Assembly: GCA_964016885.1 (NCBI GenBank)
Contig: OZ024754.1
Coordinates: 16,058,001 to 16,122,000 of the forward strand
From: Eledone cirrhosa
Lineage: Eukaryota
DNA: 64,000 nt
Reading direction: 5' to 3'
In this document: positions 1 to 11,964 of the stretch, piece by piece
Layout of the letters: each line of letters starts with the position of its first letter
Numbering within the stretch: position 1 is the stretch's first letter
Made by a program: the position numbers and the translations under genes
The notes under the pieces: model-generated
What the model saw: the letters and a program-made list of their open reading frames with translations, nothing else
What the model was told of the DNA's origin: nothing
Databases searched by the model: none

Positions 1-2443
1 GCGTAGCGCCAAAGATCTTGGTCCAGTGTAAGGTCGGAATTTATCAAATTGTCCCAGGTTTTTCTGGGTCTGCCTACTCCATAACTTCCATCAATTTTGA
101 TCGCCCTGCACTTTTTTATACAGCTGTCGTCTTTCATCCGCATCACGTGACCATACCAACGTAGTCTTCTCTCGAGTAAACTGCATCCCTCTTATTCCTA
201 ATTTCTCACTTAGTTCATTTATGCTTTGCCGTTCACGTACACATCCAACAGAGCATGCATGCTTCGTTCCTTTCCAGTCTGCGCAGGTCCTCTGCACACA
301 ATGCCCATGTCTCACTGCCATGTAACATTGCTGTTCATATGCAGGCATCATACACTCTGCCTTTCATTTTTAGAGAGAAACCTTTAGTGGCCAATAGTGG
401 TATAAGCTCTCTGAACTTTTTCCATCCCATTCTGACTCTGGCTACTGCAATTTCTGAGCACCCTCCACCACTGCTGATCTTGTCACCCAGGTAACGGAAG
501 GTGTCCACTATTTCTATATTCTATATTCCATGTTTGGAATTTCTTCTCTAGTTCAGCCATCGATTCAGCTATGAGAGTTAGATCATCAGCGTATAGAATT
601 TCCCATGGGCAGCCGGTCTTGAACTCCTCTGTTATAGCCTGAAGGGCAATAATAAATAGGAGGGGGCTAAGGACAGAGCCTTGATGAACACCAACTTTTA
701 CTCTAAATTCTTCACTATATCCATTGTTAATTGTAACCTTGCTGACTGTTTCTTTATACATGGTTTGTATAGCTCTCACAAGCCATTCATCAACACCTAG
801 TTTTCTAAGAGCCCACCGGATAATGGAGCGGGGGACTCTGTCAAAGGCTTTCTCCAAGTCAACAAAAGCTAAGTAGAGGGGTTTACTTTTAGCTAGGTAC
901 TTCTCCTGTAGTTGTTGTACAAGCGTCTGTGGTACTTTTACCTGACACAAACCCAACCTGCATTTCATCTAGATCAATATGCTCTCTGATTAGTTGCGCT
1001 ATAACTCTTTCTGTGACCTTCATGACCTGGTCAACTAATTTAATGCCTCTGTAGTTTCCCCTATCTAGAGCATCTCCTTTACCCTTGTTGCAGTTAATGA
1101 TGATGCTGCTACGCCAGTCATTTGGTATGATCCCATTCTGTATTACTTGGTTTACTATCTGGGTGACCATAGTATGACCCACCATTCCAGATGCTTTCAG
1201 CATTTCAGCAACTATCTCCAAAGGCCCAGCTGCCTTGCCTGTCTTCATATCTTTGATTGCCTTACTTATTAACTACCTTTAACTTGTGCTTGATTGACTC
1301 CTCCACCTTACTATTCCACGACCAAGTTACTCTCCTCCTGCCTATAGGTCTGCTCCAGCCACAGATTTCATCTGTCACCTTCAGTAGGTTTGCTTTCAGG
1401 AATTCCCACTGTTCCTCTATATTGTACGTCTCTAATTGCTCTTCCTTACTGTCAAAAGCATCAAGTAATATGCTTTTAAATTTGTTACTGGCTGTGGGGT
1501 CCTTTAACTTCCATATTCTTCTCCTCAGAGTAGTCCTCCTCTGTTGTCGAGTACGTCTAGTCCTGACTATGAGGTCACTAACTATGAGGCTATGTTGGGA
1601 GGTGCATTTTTCACTGGGGAGGGATTTAGTGTTTATGACACTTTGTCATGTCTTCTGGTAAGGATATAATCTATCTGACTGGCGTGTTCCCCTGATCTAT
1701 AGGTGATCAAGTGATTGTCTCGTTTTTTGAAGTTTGTGTTACAGATAGTTAGGTTATTAGCGTCACAGAATTCCAGGATTCTGAAGCCTTCCTCATTTCT
1801 AGTACCAAACCCATAGCCTCCATGGATTCCGTCATAGCCGTCACAATGTTATCCAACATGACCATTTAGATCACCAGCAATAATTATGTAGTCACTGTCG
1901 GTTATTTGGGAGGTAGTGAGCATTAGCGACTCATAGAATCTGTCTTTTATAATGCCAGGTAGTCTAGATTGGGGTGTGTAAGCAGATATTATTGTCACAG
2001 TAGTTCTATTTAGGACAAGTCTTATTTTAATTATTCAGTCATTCACTCTATTTACGTCAATTACCTTATCTACCCATTTTTCTGCTAACATAATTCCTAC
2101 TCCACCCAGCCCATTGTCATTTCCCACCCAGAAAAGTCTATAGCATCGTTTTTTTACCCACAATGTATCTAGCAGACCCACCCCTCCACCTAGTCTCTTG
2201 AGCACAACAAACATCAACTTCCTTACGTTCAAGCATCTCTACAACCTCATCTGAGCGACCTTTTAAAGTGCCTACGTTCATGGTACCAACTCTGAAGTTT
2301 TGGATTTCATTGGGTGGGTGGAAGGGATGGGTTGAAGGCGCAGGGAGGGGTGAGGGAGATGGGGTTATGTTAGCCATCCGTGTCTGAAATAAAGAGAAGT
2401 CCTTGCATTCTCGTCCGGCAACAGGAGGTGAATTTATCTTTAT
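1..2443 (-). mobile_element. RTE-clade LINE, degenerate, with 5' end; APE endonuclease and RT with internal deletions; runs off the left edge
   Basis: GTMNVGTL...QETRW (APE), [30 protein letters not shown]; homologous to 47319-51090. Confidence 0.95.
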
Positions 2444-2539
2444 CTTTGATATTGTCATTGAGTGTTCAGATTCTTCAGACTCTCCAAATTCTGTAGTCCA
2501 TCTAGCATATCAAAGGCAACCAGGTTTAAACATATGATA

Positions 2540-3030
2540 TATATTTATCCTTATCAAGCCCTCTTTGGATTTTAGTCTTTACATTATTATTACTAATTAT
2601 ATATATATATATATCTTTGCACTGAATTAATTAAAAGTTGGTTAGAAGCGAAGTCAATGCAGACAGGCAGCCAGACAGACAGATATTATAAGCGTGCAAT
2701 GTTATAGCCATGTATCTAATGCAGACAGCCAGACATACAGAGACATTATAAGGGCGCAACGTTATAGCTATGTATCTATCTAAAAAGAGAGACTAAAAAA
2801 GAGAGGAATGTTGTATAACTGGAAGTGTTGACATTTGAAAATTTTAAAGAAGTGAATATTTAAATAAAAAATATCTTTAATCTTTTAACGAAATTCAGTA
2901 GGGTATTTTTATACCCTCACTTTCTTACTTGGAAAAAGTTACATCTATGGTGCAAATTAGGTGCTTTTTGGTCCAGCCGTTTGGCGAAAAGTTTGTTACT
3001 TACATAAGGCCGTCAGCTTTATAATATAGA
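2540..3030 (-). mobile_element. 5' part of a non-autonomous Helitron-like element directly upstream of the RTE
   Basis: Minus strand starts A|TCTATATTATAAAG; the block at 2718-2796 matches 45266-45346; internal ~60-bp tandem duplication. Confidence 0.55.
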
Positions 3031-3395
3031 TAGTTTCTAGGTCTTATATCAAAAGGAGAATAGAAATTGCAGTAGCCACAGTATAAATATTTCAACTCTG
3101 ATTGGAACTAACCCAACCACCAAAGATATTTGGAAATTGAAAGAACTCATTAAAAAATTATAGTATTAAGTGGAAATTTCTCAAAGATGCAGATTATATG
3201 CCCAAATGGGACAAGAAAATGCCAACTTAGTACAGTAAAATAGGTGCACCTTTTGGACAGGTTCTGCCTAACAGGGCTGACTTCTTTGATATGTGCTCAT
3301 ATGATGACAAATTCATATTAGCCATTTGGAAAATTCCACTCACAGCAGGATAACACTTAACATGGTTGACATTAGGAAGGGCATCCGGCTGTGGA

Positions 3396-3595
3396 ANNNN
3401 NNNNNNNNNNNNNNNNNNNNNNNNNNNNNNNNNNNNNNNNNNNNNNNNNNNNNNNNNNNNNNNNNNNNNNNNNNNNNNNNNNNNNNNNNNNNNNNNNNNN
3501 NNNNNNNNNNNNNNNNNNNNNNNNNNNNNNNNNNNNNNNNNNNNNNNNNNNNNNNNNNNNNNNNNNNNNNNNNNNNNNNNNNNNNNNNNNNNNNN
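3396..3595. other. Assembly gap (200 N)
   Basis: Run of n. Confidence 1.
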
Positions 3596-3609
3596 NTAAA
3601 TTGAAAGTT

Positions 3610-4842
3610 CATCATCATCATCATCATCATCATCGTTTAACGTCCATCTTCCACGCTAGCATGAGTTTAGACGGGAATTGTCCCACTTGAGGCAAGATTG
3701 GTTGTCTTGCTCGTATAGGACTGTCTGGCAGGTTAGGATGCCATTCCTAACACCAACCACGTTTACAGTGTGGACTGGGAGGTTTTTACCGTGTTACCTA
3801 CACGGCCACATTACAGCGGGGACTGTGTGTTTTTTGTTGTGACACCTACACGACCTCATTTATTTAGGACTGGATGTTGTGGTACCAACATAACTTTACA
3901 GAGAAAGGGGTGGTGTTGATGGGGGTGGGGGAGTTGGGGGAGTGGGAGGGGTGTGTATATTTGATTAAGAGGTGCCTACTGACTGTAGGTTTCGCTTTGT
4001 ACTTAGGCAAGGCGGGTCTTCTGTATTACTGTGTAGCGCCAAAGATCTAGGTCCAGTGACATTGTCTTAGAGAGGTGTAAGTGTGTAAGGTCGGAATTTA
4101 TCAAATCGTCCCAGGTTTTTCTGGGTCTGCCTACTCTGTAACTTCCGTCAATTTTGATCGCCCTGCACTTTTTTATACAGCTGTCGTCTTTCATGCACAT
4201 CACGTGACCATACCAACATAGTCTTCTCTCAAGTAAACAGCATCTGATCCTTCTTATACCTAATTTCTCACTTAGTTCCTTTATGCTTTGCTGTTCACAT
4301 ATATTACTATTACACATCCAGCAGAGCATGCATGCTTCGTTCCTCTCCAGTCTGCGCAGATCCTCAGCACACAATGCCCATGTCTCACTGCCATGTAACA
4401 TAGCTGTTCATATGCAGGCATCATACAGTCTGCCTTTCATTTTTAGAGAGAAACCTTGAGCGGCCAATAGTGGTATAAGCTCTCTGAACTTTTTCCATGC
4501 CGTTCTGGCTCTGGCTACTGTATTTTCTGAGCACCCTCCACCACTGCTGATTTTGTCACCCAGGTAACGGAAGGTGTCCACTATTTCTATAGAGCCATCT
4601 GGGAAATAGAAGGAGCTAGTATCCTGTGGGCGCTTGCTACTTATTGCACCTGAGCACCGGCCACATATAAAATCTACATTCTTAGATAGCTTACCTGTGA
4701 TCCCACTACATCTTTTATGCACCCATACTTTGCATTTGGGACATAAAATGAAATTTCTGCCTACTCCTTTCCTACACACTGAGCATGGCCATTTCCCAGA
4801 GGGGACCTGTGCCCTATTTTCCTTCCTACATACTAGAACTTC
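3610..4842 (-). mobile_element. RTE LINE, 5'-truncated, with 3' UTR and (GAT)n tail
   Basis: PHD-like CSVC...CPKC...[19 protein letters not shown]; (cat)n at 3610-3633. Confidence 0.95.
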
Positions 4843-4858
4843 ATCCATGAAATTATGT

Positions 4859-5369
4859 AATGAAGGGTAAAGTTTATCTAAGAAGAATGAATATTAATTT
4901 TCTGTTTTAAGAATTTGTGCATATTCATAACCTTTTATTAGTGTATGTTTCACTAATTATCAGACAGCTATGTAGCTAGATAAGAAAGATATGATTACAG
5001 GCAGATTATAGATTCAGATTTGGGTACAAATAACTGATCATCTAATTATATATTTATCTTGTTATATGTATACACACACACAAATATATTTACATACAAA
5101 CATCGCCAAGATTTCCATTTTATGTCTATTTTCCATTCTGACATGGGTCGAATAGGTTATGTTCACATACATACACATATATATCTACATACATACATCA
5201 CCAACTTTAGCTACACTTGAGTGAAATTCTCAAAGATTTATATAAAATTAGTTGTGAAAATGTGAAGATGTGAAAATGTGAAGTTGTGAAAATGTGAAAA
5301 TGTGAAGTCATACAAAAATTCTTAAGAAAATTAATATTCATTCTTCTAAGATAAAGTTTAACCTACATT
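4859..5369. repeat. Imperfect ~55-bp inverted repeat pair (4859-4919 / 5311-5369), MITE-like
   Basis: aagtttatctaagaagaatgaatattaattttct versus its reverse complement agaaaattaatattcattcttctaagataaag. Confidence 0.5.
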
Positions 5370-5577
5370 GTTAAACTTTGAACTTTATCCTTAATTCAGA
5401 ATGCCAAATCTCCCCATCACCAAAAAACAAAAAAGAATGATAAATAAATTTTCATTTACTAAGTATGGGTGTGCATATATTACTAAGTTGACACCCTTAC
5501 CTATTAATGAGGCAAATTAATCAACTATACAGAGATAACGGAAAATATCAACCTAAACGACATTTGAAAGAGAAGTC

Positions 5578-5664
5578 TCATCATCATCATCATCTTCGTT
5601 TAACGTCCATCTTCCACGCTAGCATGGGTTAGACGGGAGTTGTCCCACTTGAGGCAAGGTTGGT
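5578..5664 (-). mobile_element. RTE 3'-terminal fragment
   Basis: (cat)n followed by cgtttaacgtccatcttccacgctagcatggg, as at 3634. Confidence 0.85.
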
Positions 5665-6184
5665 CACTCTGATATTGTTAATAACCATATTTCATTAACA
5701 TATTTTTAATTAAACCATGCATATCTCATATGCTGCAGGATGGCCAACAATTACCATCTTATTTAGAATATTTAAGTGTGTAGCTAAAAGTGCATACAAC
5801 ATTTGGTTGACTTATGAAGCATTGAAAATTTGAAAATATAGTTGCCACAAAAAAAATTATGTTAAATACTCTTGGAAAAATATAATTTGAAATTGTTTGA
5901 TCTGTGTTGGAACTATATCTTCACCTTTTTACTATAGTTGGGGTTGGAAATGACTTCCCAAACATAGAATCTTTACTTTGATTTTATAATGTTAAATTCT
6001 ACTTTAAAGGAGTAGTAGTAGTAGTTAAGGTATTAGGCTTACAATTGAAAGGTCATGAATCTGTGGCAGCACATTGTATCCTTGAGCTAGACATTTAATT
6101 TTATGAGAGAAACAACGATACGCTAGCTGACTCTGCCAAAGGTCGACTGGCGAAAGCGTTTGGAACCACTCTATTTATACAAAA

Positions 6185-6365
6185 ATAATTGTTTCTACTT
6201 TTTGGCACAAGGCCAGCAATTACCCAGTGCATTACTGGTACTTTATTTTATCGACCCCGTAAGGATGAAAGGCAAAGTCAACCTCAGCGGGATTTGAACT
6301 CAGATCGTTAAGGGACGTAACTATGCTAGAAAGCATGGCATCTGACCCTCTACCGATACTGCCAA
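6185..6365 (-). mobile_element. tRNA-derived SINE, family 1
   Basis: Minus-strand A box tggcagtatcgg, B box gagttcaaatcc, core gttgactttgcctttcatccttacggggtcgataaaataaagtacc (recalled as Meta-domain-like); flanked by aaaaataat repeat. Confidence 0.85.
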
Positions 6366-6551
6366 AAAAATAATCGTTTGATGTTTAGCCGCTGTGTAGG
6401 CGTTTTATTTTGGTGGCCTAAGGGTTGTTTTTTTTCACTGAGGTGAGGTAGCTAGGTAGGCAGATAGAGTTGTTTGTTTCACTAGGAAATGACAGATAGG
6501 TAGCTAGATAAGCAGATAGATAGAGTTGTTTATTTCACCGGTAAGGACAGA

Positions 6552-6963
6552 TGTTACGAACAAAGACAGCAGACACAAAGGTAGACAATGAGTTTGACGG
6601 TTGGATAACATCCATAAGCTTGGTTGGTCACGTATGGGGATCCATCTGGATCACTTGGAGACGGTTCCTTCCGATATGATGCTCTAGAAAGCGTGTCTAA
6701 TGACACTGCCTTACTTGACAACCTTCTCAGGAATAAGGAGACAAAGAAGAAAAGAGAAGAACAAGAAACAAAGTGATCACTCAGCTTGGTTGCATTTAAG
6801 GACCTATCTAAGTAGTAGTTATATATCTTCTTCGCTCACTTATTCCTGGGAAGATCATGGGGGCAAAGTCCTCAAGTATTTCTTCCAGCGGGTCTTGTCA
6901 GAAACAACCGTTTCCAATTGATCCGGCTCGATAACTCAACCGAGACGAGCCGGGGTAGTTACA
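6552..6963. mobile_element. Possible solo LTR
   Basis: TGTTAC...GTTACA termini and higher GC than flanks; no TSD found. Confidence 0.35.
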
Positions 6964-7508
6964 TATTTCATACATAAAAACAACAAAAACAAAACAAAAC
7001 ATACATATTTGAAGCAATATTGTTTTGTTGTTGTTGTTTTAGGCAATTTAATAACGTTTGTGTTAGTATTGTAATGTGTTATTCTAGTTTCTATTTGTAT
7101 TTTCCGTTTTCATCACGGCCGAAAACAAGAGATGCCGCAACTGGCATTCATAACAAGCCAACAAAATGATCGAAGATGATTAATGTTGATGTCGTGTTTT
7201 CAATGAATATTAATATTAGTAGTTGTTGTCGATCATGATAATATAGCAGGGCAAAGAATCTCCTAATAAGGTGGGACTGTGATGCGATTTCAATATTCGA
7301 TTGGAGGCATTTTTATTTATATTGACAACGCATTCGAAGAACATACATCAACTGCAAAAAATAATGTCACTAATAAAAAACAGAAATCAATGTTATATTT
7401 CTCAATAAAATAAGTTATACTGTTTGTTTGAGTTCAGCTGAGAGTGATAGAGAGAAAAAACAAACAACTTCTTTTGTATATTTAAACGTAAGAAATTTGT
7501 TATCATAC

Positions 7509-7635
7509 CTGGATCGGAATTCAGAATAGATTTAATGTCAACTTTAACGACGTTGGTATTTGGTAAATTTTTTTTCAAAATACTTTCGATCGATTTTTTT
7601 TCGCTAATAATATGAATAACAGCAGGTCGAGACAT
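7509..7635 (-). CDS. Probable first coding exon of a second gene (MSRPAVIHIISEKKSIESILKKNLPNTNVVKVDIKSILNSDP); product uncertain
   Basis: ATG with A at -3 (caatATGt), open frame to a strong CAG|gtatga donor, locally CpG-retaining non-repeat sequence; no downstream exon seen in the window. Confidence 0.5.
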
Positions 7636-7969
7636 ATTGACACTTATTCGCCGACACTTCTCAGAATAAGACAGATGAACGACATGAACTAATGATATCA
7701 GAGTGACCTCCCTTAGTTTCTTCGGGGTAATATATATATATGAGGCAGCGACGGGGATGATACTGGGGGTGGTGGTCGTGGTGATGATGGCGAACGCTTG
7801 TGTGTAATATATTACAAACTCACTCAGTACCTTAAAATCACAGAAGATAGCATAATGAAAATGATACCTTTCTTATTTCAATATAGTTTTTGTTATTAAT
7901 TCAATATAATATATATGTATACTAAATTGTTTTTAATGCTTTGGTGCACGACTTACGGCCCAACCTGTA

Positions 7970-9148
7970 CTGTATGAAGAGACGAACACAGATATATAGC
8001 TATATGTGTTCGATGTGGGTACCCATTGAGAAGCACCACCCCAATAATTCTCCTCACTGAATTTTGCGGAACAGTTCTACCCATAAACTATCCGGGTACA
8101 TGATAGTTGTCGTGAATGAATAGCATTGTTAGGTGTCAATAAGGAGATACATACATAGACACACTTTATGCCTGTATATGATAGGGCACATACTTAAATA
8201 TGGAATGTTACGCGATGGGCCCCACCCCCCACATCCCCGGGGGACAGGATGGAGAAGGCGTTTCCCCGGAGGACGGCAAGGGAGACGTGCTGGAAAAGCC
8301 ACTCCAACACGCGGGGCTCACACCTGCGGCTGACCAGCTCAGCGCCTATGGTGGTGAGTAGGGAGGTAGCCCTAGGGCCGAGGACACCAGAAGTCCCCAC
8401 TGCCAGGGATACAACCGCAAACCTGCCGGAGAGCGGCCGGTATTTGAGGAGTTTGGCCTCCTCAGCCCGACGTGCAGCAGAACCTGGGTTAGTCGCAGAC
8501 TGCACCAAGTTGCGGCTGCAGAAAGTGTCGGTGCAAGTGGCATCCCAGACGAGGGGTTTGCCACCGCGGAACGGGAAGATGGTCATACCATCTGGTCTTT
8601 TGCCGTCCCCTCGGTCCAGCCCTACCGGCTTGAGCTGAGAAGGGAAGCCCGCAGCGTCCAAGCCATGCTTTATGACCTCGTTGAGGGCAGCATGGCGTGG
8701 AAGGCGGCCGGCACTGTGGCGACAGGAAAGCGGATGGAGGCCGAAAGATTCCACGGTGGATCCGCAGCGATATTGGTGTGGCTCGCAGATCCGGAGGTCG
8801 AGCCTCTTTATGGACTTCGCGTGTTGAGTTACGTATGGCGAACTATAATGTTTAATAATTCGCGACTAGTATAACAGCTCTGACGGCTCTCATTCAATGG
8901 GATGAAAAAGTCTGTAAATGGGTATGCTTGCTCCAAGGAATGGCATAATATTAGCATACCCCACACGTGTGCCCACGTACATGTGTGTGTTGGTATGTTA
9001 AATACAGGTTCGTTTTTCTCAATTCATTTTTTTGATTGGGTTCTGTGAACTATACTATTTTAGACAATATTTTCTTTACTCTGGCGGTCTCTGTTCCTTG
9101 TGATTTGAATGCATATAGCTATATATCTGTGTTCGTCTCTCTTTACAG
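7970..9148. mobile_element. TA-flanked TIR element (Tc1/mariner-like, non-autonomous) hosting a CRE insertion
   Basis: TA|ctgta..agagacgaacacagatatatagctatatg at left and its reverse complement ending tacag|TA at right (~40-bp TIRs). Confidence 0.55.
8194..8806 (-). mobile_element. CRE-clade non-LTR retrotransposon 3' fragment (zinc knuckle and restriction-like endonuclease)
   Basis: H-x3-C...RH-x3-N, DGKRPDG, LVWDATC, AEEAKLLKY, FQHVSLAVLRGNA; GC-rich island. Confidence 0.85.
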
Positions 9149-9169
9149 TATTATAAGGCCTGGAAAAAT

Positions 9170-10440
9170 TTTCTCCTTGAACTATTCTAATTATAGGCGA
9201 CTTTTAACTCAATATATACTTTTGATAACTTTGCTGCATCGTTTTTGTTGAGCTTTCATATATTGAGAGTTCAGTGTCTAATACTGGTAGTCTATTGTTA
9301 GGGTGTTTGAAAGGGTCGTCGATAATTACTGTTATGCTCTGGTATATGGAATTAGCTATCTGCTGGATGCTCTCCATTGTATTAGTTTCTAATTCGGCTT
9401 TATTGGTACTCACTCGTGGGGGTGTTTTTATTACTATATTGATATCTACATAACGAGAGTACATAACAAGGGCTATGGAGTTCTCTGCGTCTCCATTCCC
9501 ACCATACCATAAATATGTTGGCAATATCGCTAACTATGCTGACGCCAATGGCTGCTCCTTCATGTTGGGTGTAAATTTTCTTATTAAATTTAAACATATG
9601 GCCCTTTAGGGTAGTTTTGATACCGCATGTGCGATCATTTTTCTCAAGTGTTCGTATGGCTTTGGTCCACCCATTCCACCTTCCTATGAGCCTTTTTAGC
9701 TATTGAGGTTATGGTGGGAGGTCTACCTCTTATTCGTCTACTGGGCAGAAACTGCTAAGGTCATAATTATTCACTGTCACATGGAAGTAGGAGGCCCAGT
9801 TCATCCGTATCAACGTCACAGAACTCTACCTCACACTCACTGATTATTTCCACAGCAAATTCAATGTCAATGGATGGGTACAGGGACACTACATCCATAC
9901 TGCCTATTATCTAGTTTGTTTAAGTTTTCAGTGTTGTTGCAGTCATTAATTCTACTGAGGAGGTCCTCTGTACTGTCACATACATCTGGGGACATCTTAA
10001 TTAAGGGCATACAATCAGAGAGAGGAAGTAGATCCTGTAGTTGCTAGCAATATTGGCTCCACATACAGGTCTTGTTGGTGGTCCTGTCATAGGGTCGTTA
10101 GTTGTTTTATGGTCTTTGCGGAGCCCATACAAGGGTGGTATATCATTGTTAGAGGCTTGGAAATTATTGGCTGTGCATCTACTTGGTTTTCAGTCCACAT
10201 CATCAGGTGAGCATTGAGGATCCTTTCTCTTTCCTCATATGTCTGTAATGTTTCGCTTGTGTTAAATATGTGGTGTTGCATAGCTTTGATGTAGTTTGGC
10301 ATGCTGTCTATTGACATCCTACTGGATTTGTCTGTATGTAGACACACTACCTCACCATCCCTTGTGCACTGCATGAGGCTAAGTAGGCCTTCTGCAGGTT
10401 TTCTTCCAAATTGTTGAACCTCTGGTCTGTTTTCTCTCCT
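9170..10440 (-). mobile_element. Penelope-like element RT region, decayed
   Basis: SMDVVSLYPSID, FKFNKKIYTQHEGAAIG, RYVD, LPVLD and TDKSS fragments in broken frames. Confidence 0.8.
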
Positions 10441-10609
10441 AGTATATTATTCTACTACCTAAGTTTATTTCTAGTTATGGTAAACTGTGCCTGTTTACCA
10501 TAGCTAGAAATAAAATTAAAAAAATTAGTTGCAATGTGCACAATTAGTTGTGTGTGGCTCTGACAACACGTGACCCTCAGTTTGACATGCCTGGTCTATA
10601 GCATAAGAT

Positions 10610-11085
10610 TTACAGAGGGTACTTACAGAAACATGTCAACGACATACGTAGGAAAGGCAGCTTGGAGCATAGGGGAGGGAATAGACCAATATTAGGGTGA
10701 ACTAAAAAGACAGTTCAGTACTATATGAGCATACCAGACAAATTCATGATGGTAATATAGACAACATAGAAATTAAAATAATATCTAAACATAGAAATGA
10801 CCCAATGAGTAGACAAATCAGAGAAGCAACTGAAATAGAACTAAGAAAACCAAAGTTGAACAGAAAAAAAAAAAAAAAAAAATGGAATAACAACAATCAT
10901 ACATAAACACAAGTGAGCAAGATAAAATACAAACACACACACAGCAACAAGAATAAATAATAAATAGAAAATAGAACAGACATTACCATACAATGCGAGG
11001 AAACATAATAGTACCACTGATGATGTCACAGGTGTGTGATGAAAGAATTTTGAAAGCTATATATATATTTATAACTGTTGGTCAA
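10610..11085 (+). mobile_element. Penelope-like element 3' part (GIY-YIG C-terminus and pseudo-LTR)
   Basis: PMSRQIREATEIELRKPKLNR from 10802; CTGATGA...GAAA hammerhead-like core at 11017-11044. Confidence 0.6.
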
Positions 11086-11964
11086 TCAATTGATTGCCAG
11101 CTAAATTAACTATAGGGACATAAAATATTCATAAGCGAAAACCAATCCAAACCAAAGTGTGTTTTATGATATATATATTGTTATATTTGGGGAGGGTCAT
11201 ATAAGAACAAAGTGGTGTGCATAGGAGATTTATTGCTCAATTGTAATCACGAGCCAGCTGCTTGAGAAACATTTGTAACCAGGGTTCTGCAATAAATCTC
11301 CTATGTAACATCACTTTGTTCTTATATACACTCTGCTCTGCATCGAGTGCTGACCTTGTTTCTCTCACCAGTTTTCTTTGGACTTACTGCACACACATAT
11401 ATATATATATACTCATACATACATTACATACACACATGCATACAACCGGCAACTTCACCAAACCTGCTTGGTGAGGATGTGGTGATTTGGGGGCACCCTT
11501 GTGGGATGAAAAACAAAACCCGTCAAAACAGCCATCCTATTTTCTGTACATGTTTGTATGACCTTTTATACTATAACTTTATATCATAACTTTTGAACTT
11601 TAAACATTTTATACTTGTGTGGCAAAATGGACTTTGGAGTATTTGTTTCAGCTGAATTCAATTCCTGCCAAAGTATTTGCCTGACCCTCTCTTCTTAGCA
11701 TCAGTCACAAAATATGTGCCACTAAGAAGAGAGGTATGTAGATAATACTACAAGATGGTACTGAATGTGTGTGACTCCTCTTAAGTTTATGGCCATTATT
11801 AGAGTCAGTGGACAGCCATAAGTAGATACTCTAATAATGGCCATAAACTTAAGAGGAGTCACACACATTCTGTACATTCAGTACCATCTTGTAGTATTAT
11901 CTACATACCTCTCTTCTTAGCATCAGTCACAAAATATGTGCCACTATCATCATTAGGAATACAC

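Noticed and set aside
3326-3690. ORFs containing poly-X
   Set aside because: Artefacts of the 200-N gap.
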